From assembly GCA_000388065.2 (NCBI GenBank), contig KB932207.1: DNA of 22,179 nucleotides. One strand, given 5' to 3'. How positions within the stretch are numbered: position 1 is the stretch's first letter; the number at the start of each line of letters is the position of its first letter. Of the stretch, positions 11,413 through 19,527 are shown in pieces. The DNA comes from Fonticula alba ATCC 38817 (taxonomy: Eukaryota; Protista; Nucleariida). The position numbers and the translations under genes are program-made. The notes beneath the pieces are model-generated. The model was not told the origin of the DNA. It saw nothing but the letters and a program-made list of their open reading frames with translations, and made no database searches.

Positions 11413-12856
11413 TGCAGGGCGGCCAGGTGGGCTGAGTCTAGGAGATGGTGCTGCGGGTGGAAGCGCAAGCCGCCTCCCCCGGCGGCGGTGGCCGCCGCCA
11501 CGGCCAGGTGCTGGAAGTGGGCCTGCTGCGCGGCCTGCAGGTGGTGGGACGGCAGCATGTGGTGTTCGGTCGGATGCATGCCGGCGAAATGATGGGGCGA
11601 AAGGAGGGGCCCCCCGGCGGCGGCGGTGGAGGTGGCCATGCCGCCAGGCCCGGAGCGCTGCTGCATCTGCTGGTGCATTTGCTGCTGATACTGGGCCGCC
11701 TGCTGCTGGTGAAGCTGCTGCATCTGGAGCTGATGCATCTGCGCCTGCTGCTGCTGCTGCTGCTGCTGTTGGAGTTGCTGCTGTTGGAAGTGCTGGAGCT
11801 GCGCATGGGCCTGGGCCTGGGGATCGTTCAAGGCGGTGGGGCCCTCTGTGCTGGAGAGGGCAAACTCGGCCTCCTGTACATAGAGGGTCTCCTCGCCGGA
11901 GGCCGGGGCCAAGAAGGGCTGATTGGTGTTTTTCTGCAAGGGGGAGGCCTGCTGCGGCTGCTTCGGGGGAACGTGCTCGATCAGCTCATCGTCCAGGCGG
12001 CGAACCAGATCATTGTCCGGGAAGGAGCTGAGACGCTTGTGGCCGGCCTTCACCGATTGCAGGGAATCCCCATCGACCATGCCGTGAAAGCCGTGGTGAT
12101 GGGAGGGGTGGTGATGTGGGTGACAATGGCCAACCAGGCTCCCCTCGCTCGAGCTCCGTGCCGAGCCCGCACCCGGGGGGTGGATCTGTTTGTGTTTGTG
12201 TGTGTGTGTGGGTGTGGGTGGGTGCAGGCGCACATGCACAGGCAGGTTGTGCGAGGAGGGAGAGGGGGCAATGTCAGCAAGATGGGTTGGAGGGGGTGAC
12301 ACAAAAATGAGGAAGCCCACGACGGGCAATCACGTACATCCACCACGGCCTCGGTCTCGGAGCCGGGGCTGGCCACCAGGCCGGCGGTGTCGCGGGCGGA
12401 GTTCTCGCGCGACACGCGTGCCGTCACCGCGCCGGACATGGCCTCAGTGTTTGGCGTTGAGGCGGCCGCCGGCGACGGGCTGCCATAGTGGTGCCCGGGG
12501 GAGGGAGTCGTCACCACGGTCTTCGGGGACTTTCCGCCGGAGAGGAAGCTGGCAAAGAGACCGGGGCGCTTTTCGGCCACACTGCCACCCGCGGAGCCGG
12601 CCGGGCCCCCGGCCCCGGGAGACTGGAGCCCACCGCCGGAAGTGGCGTAGCCCACCTCCCCCGGGGAGGGGGCTTGCGAGCGACCAGGCATGTCGCCCGA
12701 GGCGGAGGCCTGTTCGAAGGTCTCCCCCGAGGCGGCACTCACTGACTTGCTGGTGGTCATGCCGAGGCGCGAGGCGGCCTTGATGCCGGTTTTGCCTGCC
12801 GGCCCGGAGGCCGCGGCGGCCGTGGTGGGGGAATTGGCCTGGCTGTTGCTGGCACT

Positions 12857-12890
<34 letters not shown>

Positions 12891-15800
12891 CTGCTGCTGC
12901 TGCTGCTGCTGCTCCCGCCACCGATGCCCAAGAAGCGACTGATGCTATTGCTGCGCAGGCGCAACTTGGCCCCGGCACTGGTCTTGGGCGGCTCGGACTT
13001 GACGCCGGGCGTGGGACTGGTGGTGGTGGCGGTGGCCGCCAGGCTGGCCACGAGGCCGGCCGACGGGCCGGATGCACTGCCAGGCCCCGGGTCAGACAGG
13101 CCGGACGGCGCACGAAGCGGCCCGGCCGGAGCTGCCCGATGACCGGCGGTGGCTCCCCCCCCGGGGAGGGTGCCAAGCCCACTGGCTCCTCCCGGGCCGG
13201 TGCCGATGCCGATGCCGGTGCCGGTGCCGGTGCCGGTGCCGGTGCCGGTGCTGATGGCGCTGGCGGCCCAGGCGCCCGGCAGGTCGCGCTGGACCCCGGC
13301 AAAGGGGTCCTCCAGTTCGTCGGTGGTGTCGGTCGCCTCGGCCAGGGAGTAGAGCCCGCGCACGGACACCGAGGTGGTCCCCTGCATGAAGCAGGCCACC
13401 AGGGTGGACTCCTCACTGTCGGTGGTCGACTCGACCGAGGTGTCCACGCGAGGGCTGGCCGATGCGGCATGCGGGTAAATGCCATCCAGCAGCTCGCTCG
13501 TGGTGGGATGCTCCATGTTCACCAGGGAGCCTGCATCCGAATGGCAGGGCGCCGGCAGCGCCTGCTGGTAGAACATCGAGGGGGAGCAACGCTGCGGCAT
13601 GTCCAGCAGCCCGGCCGGCGGAGCCAGGGGCGGAGCCGTGGCCGGACGGAAGGGCGGCGACCCGGGGCACCGGTCGGAAGATGCGACAATCTCCGGCCCG
13701 GTCGAGTGGGCCTTCGTCAGGAAGAGGTCCCCCGGCCCGATGACAGGACCGGCCAGACCGCCAGAGCACAGAGCCAGCCGGGAGTCACTGCCCGCGCGGA
13801 CTTCCCGCGGTGCCCGGTTCAGGTAGGGGGACGAGCCGGACTCCAGGCCCGGTCCCCCTGCAGGGGCAGCAAGGGGCGACTCGCTCCCGGTGCCAGGGGC
13901 AATTTGCGACAGCCCCGGCAGGTCATCCGTCGAATCTGCATGCACAGGCCCCGGGCCAAGGGGGGAACTGCCCCGGCGCCCGGGATGGGCCTGGATGTTG
14001 CCGATGGCGGTGCCACTGCCGCCGCCGCCGCCGCCGCCGTTGTTGTTGTTGTTGCTGCTGTTGTTGTGGCTGCCGAGGCGCCCGCCAGCCGCGAGTTCGT
14101 CAATGGGCGATGAGAAGCCGGCCGGGCGACCGACCGTCGAGACGGCCCCCGCCGCGGCTGCTTGGTCGTCCGGCGTCCAGGCCAGAGTAGGCAGCCAGCG
14201 AGCAGCGGCGGCGGCGGCAGCGGCGGTGGTGGTGCCAGCCCCCATGGGACCCGGCGAGCCGGACCCGGACGATGGGTCCAGTGGCCGTGCCGGCCCGGGG
14301 ACTGGGCTTGGGGCTCCGCTGGAATCGCTGCTAGACGAATGGGAGGAAGATGACGAGGAGGAGGAGGAGGAGGAGGAGGAGGACAAGTTCGAGCGCGATC
14401 GGGCCAACAAATCCGGCCGATCGAGGGATGCCTTGCTCGGGGTTCGACTGGTCAGGGTGAGTGGCTCCCAGCCGGATGATTGCCGGGACAGCATCCAGCC
14501 CGTGGTGCCGGGCAGAGTGCCTGCCCCGGACACGCCCGGCCCCCCGCCGGCGGTGGTTGTGGTGTTGAGGACACTGGCATTGGAGGGGCCGCCGGGCCCG
14601 GCGCCGGCCGGGGCACATGGCGGGAAGGAGGCCGGCTTGCCGGCGGATCCGAGCCCGGCCGGCGGTGCCAGACCGCCAGTGGTCTCCATGTCGGCAGGGG
14701 CATCGCCCAGAGCCCCGGCCGGTGGGCCGATGGCATCGGCCCAGCCCATGCCCGGGCCCAAGCCTCCGGCTGTGGCGTCACAGGGGCCCGAGTCCTCGCC
14801 TGCCACCACTGAGCCCTGCAGCTGGATCATGCGCAGGGTGGCCGGGATGGAAACCGTCGGCATGGCGGTCAGCAGGGCCTCCGGGGCGCCGACGGCCAGT
14901 GTCGTGCGGATCAATGCGTTGAGGTAGATATTTTCCCGGGGCCGCTGTGCGACAGGGCAGCAATCGGGGATGAAGGCGTGCGTGAGTAAGGACCACCGGG
15001 AGTCGGGCCCAGGACAGCCGGCATGGTGCCAAGCCTGCCTTGCTGCCCTCCAAGTGCCGGAGAGCGTGGGAACCAAATGGGTTTGCGTTTGTGCATGTGT
15101 GTGTGTGTGTGTGTGTGTGAAAGGGAGAGGGAGACATGGAGGACGGCCGGGCCCATACCTCAAAATGGTGCGGAGGCAGGCGAATCAAACGCGTAAAGCG
15201 GATGGCCGTCGAATTCCGGTGGCCCCGATAGTTGGATGGCGGGGCGTCCTCGGGCGAAGTGTCCTCCCCGAGGCTGCTATTCCGCGAGAGGTCATTCCGC
15301 TTGCGGGGAAGGTCGTGATCGGCGAAGCTGGCCACCGACTCCTTGCTTGGATGGTCGGATCCCGCCAGGAAGAGCGATGTTGCCGAGAGGCTGGAGTCGG
15401 AATTGAGGCCGCCGGCCCCGGTCGAGCAGGAGGCCGTGGCTGTCCGGCCGCCGATGCCCGAGGCACCGGCCGAGGCAGTCGGCGTAGTGGCTGCCCTCCC
15501 GCCGGCTATATCGGCCAGACGGAGTCAGGGCCGGAGGGGAGGGAGAGGGGGGGGGGAGCACATGTTAGAGGGAGGGCAACGGCGAGGCAGGAGGGCGGAG
15601 AGCGGCGGCGTGCTCCCGGCGAAGAGTCAAGCTGGATGGCAGATGCAGGATGAGCTGGCGCAGAAAGCAACCATACCAAAGGCGCCAGACGAAGAGCAGG
15701 GGGGAAGCTTCTGCGAGCAGCTCACATGGACGCGGATTTTGCAGGCTGTTGATGTTTGTCCGTTGTTGTTGTGGGTTTTTTTTCCGCACCCCCCGCCAGT

Positions 15801-17276
15801 GGTTAGATTCTTGTCCGAGAGACAGACACATGACAAAAGCAGCAGCAGCAGCAGCAGCAGCAGCGGGCACGAGGCAGGAAGTGGGAAACATACTTTGGCA
15901 TTTGTAGCCGGTTCGCTTGAGACTGAACATGGAAGTGGAGCAGACCTCGCAACTGGACCCGCCTGGCAGAGGATTGTTCCTGTTGGTGTTGTTGTCCGTG
16001 TTTTTTTTTCCCCCATCCCCCCAGGTGACGGTGGTCAGCGGCACGCATGGACTCTTGGTCGCGCATTTGCCTGGAATCCGCGCCCCGGTCCATTGCTCTT
16101 GCCCGGGCCTGTGCCTGGGCCCCTTCGCCCATCCGTGGTCGGGTCCTATGATCCCCGCCCCCCTTCGCCCCCCCCCCCCCCCCCCCGGCCAACACGTGGG
16201 GACTTCAATTCTTTCTCGCAAACACGCTTATACAGCAAGAACCTGGCACCCACTCTGGCGCCCTCGTGTGTGTGTGTGGTACACAGAGAAGGGGAAAGCC
16301 ACCGCGACGAAGGGCATGCGTACCGCACAGGGACCAGCAAGTGTCCAAAGAGGGCCAATGGCGGCTCGGACGAGGCAGCTCCCCCGCCGAAGGGAAGCAT
16401 CGAGGCGGAGCTCGATGCGCGCGGCCGGCGCCGCTTCGGCGACTTGGTCTTCTGTGACTGCGAGCGCGACAGGGCACCCTCAGAGGAGGTGTAGTCGACG
16501 GACTCTGAAGCAGGGGGGAGATATGCCCAACAGAGAGAGAGAGAAGCCAGGGAGTGTAAGTAGGTACCCCGACCAAAGGAAGTGCGCAGGCCTGAGACGT
16601 GCAGGTGTGGGGGCGGAGGGGACGAGGGCAGGGACACAGGCAGGGCACAGGAGGCCAGCGCACCAGTGAGCGACGGCAGGTCATCCTGCTCCGGATTGGC
16701 ATACGGGCCACTGGACCCGAAGGAGGTGACACTCGAGGAGGCGGAGGGGGATTGGCAGAAGCAGACCATGTGCTGGTTGCGCATCGGCACACAGTGGGGA
16801 TGGTAGCTCTTGAAGCAATCTGTCACAAGCATATGGGCGTCAGCAGCTGCAGAAGGGCATGCCCGAAGGTCAAGGAGTTGAGGCGAGGCGAGGCGGGGAA
16901 AGGCTCGCGCGAGGGGAGGAAGCGCGGCCAGGATGCCGAGCGTACTATTGCAGGACATGGCCTGGCGATCGGACGGGGCAAAGGGGATCCGGCACGCGGC
17001 GCAGGTCGTGGCCGTGGGAGCCAGGCGCTCGGAGAAGGTCCCGGGAGAATTGCTCTGGGCCCCCTGGTACAGGTGGTATATTGATGATCCTTCGAAGGGG
17101 CTGGTGCTGGGGGCGGCGTGCGGTGCCACGACCGAGGGCACATCGCCGGCATCGGTGCCCATCCGCAGGGGGCTCGAGCTGGGGGATACCGGGGAGGTGG
17201 GCGCACTGGCGGCCGGGGTTTGGCCTCGGCGTGCGACCGGGGCCCTGGGGAGGTCGGAGCAGGGGCCGTTTGTCAT
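6249..17276 (-). CDS. Giant C1-C1-linker-kinase protein (PKD-like CAMK-group Ser/Thr kinase), 3'-partial, >=2894 aa. Exons: 17276-16946, 16819-16664, 16504-16324, 15979-15894, 15745-15677, 15505-15159, 14944-12338, 12185-9725, 9464-8836, 8659-7356, 7072-6904, 6780-6716, 6526-6249
   Basis: The 13 exons join through GT-AG introns whose phases are all mutually consistent (1,1,2,1,1,0,0,1,0,2,0,2,1; total 8683 nt). Splicing reconstitutes two Cys/His fingers and kinase subdomains I-VIII. The start codon is tentative because an upstream acceptor exists at 17316. The end is missing in the gap at 5954-6103. Confidence 0.85.
8204..8383 (-). repeat. Coding tandem repeat of the TLPG motif (5 copies)
   Basis: The + strand carries cccggggagggtccc at 8204, 8249 and 8300, with variants at 8330 and 8369. 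Protein: ETLPGR..TGTLPGP..TGTLPGP..TGTLPGP..AGTLPGP. Confidence 0.9.
8667..8690. repeat. T24/A24 homopolymer at the 3' end of kinase intron 9
   Basis: Direct reading. On the sense (-) strand, A24 lies just upstream of the CAG acceptor at 8662-8660. Confidence 0.9.
11373..11414 (-). repeat. Coding CAG repeat, Q14
   Basis: (CTG)n on the + strand, translating to LQQQQQQQQQQQQQQAAS in exon 8. A second Q/H/M-rich block lies at about 11657-11790. Confidence 0.95.
13197..13250 (-). repeat. Coding hexamer repeat encoding (TG)n/(IG)n dipeptides
   Basis: (GTGCCG)n on the + strand; protein STGTGTGTGTGTGIGIGTG. Confidence 0.85.
14320..14383 (-). repeat. Coding poly-Ser tract
   Basis: (GAG)n on the + strand; protein LSSSSSSSSSSSSSHSSSSDSS. 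Confidence 0.9.
15696..16343 (-). other. C1 (phorbol ester/DAG-binding-type) zinc finger, split over three exons
   Basis: Spliced sequence HLLVPVRNNPLPGGSSCEVCSTSMFSLKRTGYKCQTCKIRVHVSCSQKLPPC gives H-x15-C-x2-C-x13-C-x2-C-x4-H-x2-C-x6-C. The canonical C1 pattern is H-x12-C-x2-C-x13/14-C-x2-C-x4-H-x2-C-x7-C. Confidence 0.88.
16755..17075 (-). other. First Cys/His finger, C1-like (PHD-like is the alternative reading)
   Basis: After removing intron 16945-16820: H-x23-CAAC-RIPFAPSDRQAMS-CNNC-FKSY-H-PH-C-VPMRNQHMV-CFC. The core C-x2-C-x13-C-x2-C-x4-H-x2-C spacing is shared by C1 and PHD fingers. Confidence 0.7.
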
Positions 17277-19494
17277 GGCTCCTTGTCCGATGTGAAAGGC
17301 GGAGGTGCACAGCACCTGAAAGGGACGAGGAGAAAGGTGTGAAGCCAAAGCCGTCAGGCTATGGATGCGGTGGCGGGGGGGGCCGACAGCCAGTCGCCCG
17401 GATCGTTGGCCGAAGGTGGAGAGTGAGGAGAGCGCGTGTTAGAGAGGGCCCTGGGGCGCGATCATGGTGGGGTCTTGGCAAGTGGGACAGCGTGTGGAGG
17501 GGAGAGAGGGGGCGGGGGGTCATCTTCACGGGCGGGGTGGGGTCAACAGGGGGCCGGCATGGGGGGGGGGGGGGGGGGGAGGGGGAGGATCCGGATCACG
17601 CTGCCAGGGCCGCCGATTGGGGGCCCATAAGAGGGCACACGGGGAGGGGGGAGGGGGAGAGAGCAGTGGTGGCGGCGGCGGCTGCGGCACGAAGAACAGC
17701 GGGAAGATGGGAGCCCTGTGCAGGAAAGAGAGCAGCGAGAGCCACCACAGGAAGGGGGCAGAGGGGGAGGGGGGGGGGGGTTAATCCGAGGTAGGCAGGG
17801 AGGGCAAGCAGGCGGCTGGATCCGTGGAGCACACAGTGGCCGGCGGAAATTAAGAGATCCCACTGGGCAAGCCAAAGATCTGGCCTGCCGGCAGGCTGGT
17901 AATCGTACTTGCTGGAGGAAAGCAGCGAGGGGGGAGCCGAAGGGGGTGAAGGGGGAGGGGGGGGGGGCGNNNNNNNNNNNNNNNNNNNNNNNNNNNNNNN
18001 NNNNNNNNNNNNNNNNNNNNNNNNNNNNNNNNNNNNNNNNNNNNNNNNNNNNNNNNNNNNNNNNNNNNNNNNNNNNNNNNNNNNNNNNNNNNNNNNNNNN
18101 NNNNNNNNNNNNNNNNNNNNNNNNNNNNNNNNNNNNNNNNNNNNNNNNNNNNNNNNNNNNNNNNNNNNNNNNNNNNNNNNNNNNNNNNNNNNNNNNNNNN
18201 NNNNNNNNNNNNNNNNNNNNNNNNNNNNNNNNNNNNNNNNNNNNNNNNNNNNNNNNNNNNNNNNNNNNNNNNNNNNNNNNNNNNNNNNNNNNNNNNNNNN
18301 NNNNNNNNNNNNNNNNNNNNNNNNNNNNNNNNNNNNNNNNNNNNNNNNNNNNNNNNNNNNNNAGGCAGGAGATGGGCAGGGGGAGGAGAGGGAGGGAGGG
18401 GGAGGAGTAAGGGGAGGGCAAGAGGATCTTGATAGCCGGGAGGAAGTAGGACGGAGGCCGGTGGCTGTCAAATGGCCACACGAGCGAGGGCGAGCAGGCA
18501 GGGCGGAGAGCAAGGGCAGGAGGAGGGAGGGGGTAATGTAACTCCCGGATGAGGAGGGCTCCATGCAGGGCCAAAAGGCCCATTCGGTGGAGGGCCGGCG
18601 GCGGGGGCCGAGGGGGGAGGGGGCAATGGGGCCCCGGGCGTGGCCGTGCGAGGGAATGCACCGCGCGAGACAGGGCCGGTGTGGATATTCTGACAGTCGC
18701 CTGGGCGGGGCCCGGGTCACCCCGGCGATGGCCCCGCCCCCCGGGCGGCTGCCATCCGATCGACGAAGGGACTCTGGCGTGGGGGGGGGGGGGGGGGGCG
18801 GGGGCGGGGGGGTCCCTCTGCCGCGGTCCACCCCCCTCGGCCCCTTGGGGTTTCCGGCCGCGCCCGGCCCCCCCCCCCCCCCCCCCCCCCCCCGAGTCGC
18901 GTGTGGACTCCTGGGCCCAGGCCAAGCCCTTGGGTGTGACTGCCAATCGACTTTCAGACACCGGCCGCCGTTTGCCGTGTGTTCAGCTGCCCAGGTGTAT
19001 TCGGAAATCGACAAGCGCCGCGGCGTGACAGTCGGCGCCCCCGCCCCCCCCCCCCCTCAATGTGGGTCGGCCGCCCCACGATGTGTGTGTGTGTGTGTGT
19101 CTACATGCGCCCGTGAGTTGGCCCAGCTCAATTGGGCGCAGGCGGCGTGGACCGGCCAGCTACATAGCCCGCAATTATGCTGCTGCTGCTGCTGCTCCGG
19201 CGCCCTGGCCGGGCTGCGTCCGGGCAAAAGCCGCGGTGCCTGGGGGCGGGGGCAGAAGGGGGGGGGATGCGACCGGACGCGGGTCACAGACAGGGGCCTC
19301 GCGCTCCCCCGCGCGGCGGCGGTCTGGTGCCGGCTGCGAGGCAGAGGCCGCTGAGCCGCTTTCGCTCGGACGCCTCGCGTGTCCTGCTGGGGGCCACAGC
19401 TCCGGCCGCAGGCTTCACCGAGGCCTCTTGACGCCTCGCGGCCACCGGAGGGCGCTCTGGCCTCGCAGACGCACGCTCGGACCTGTTCGTCTAT

Positions 19495-19527
19495 GTATGT
19501 ATGTGTGTGTGTGTGTGTGTGTGTGTG
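19495..19527. repeat. (TATG)/(TG)n microsatellite
   Basis: Direct reading. Similar (TG)n arrays occur at about 15097-15119, 19082-19100 and 20489-20508. Confidence 0.9.

Noticed and set aside
9516-14927. Long + strand ORFs (9516-10436, 11445-12299, 13139-14113, 13890-14927) and other antisense ORFs
   Set aside because: Antisense shadows of the GC-rich kinase exons; they mirror its codon repeats (poly-L from CAG, poly-E from TCC).
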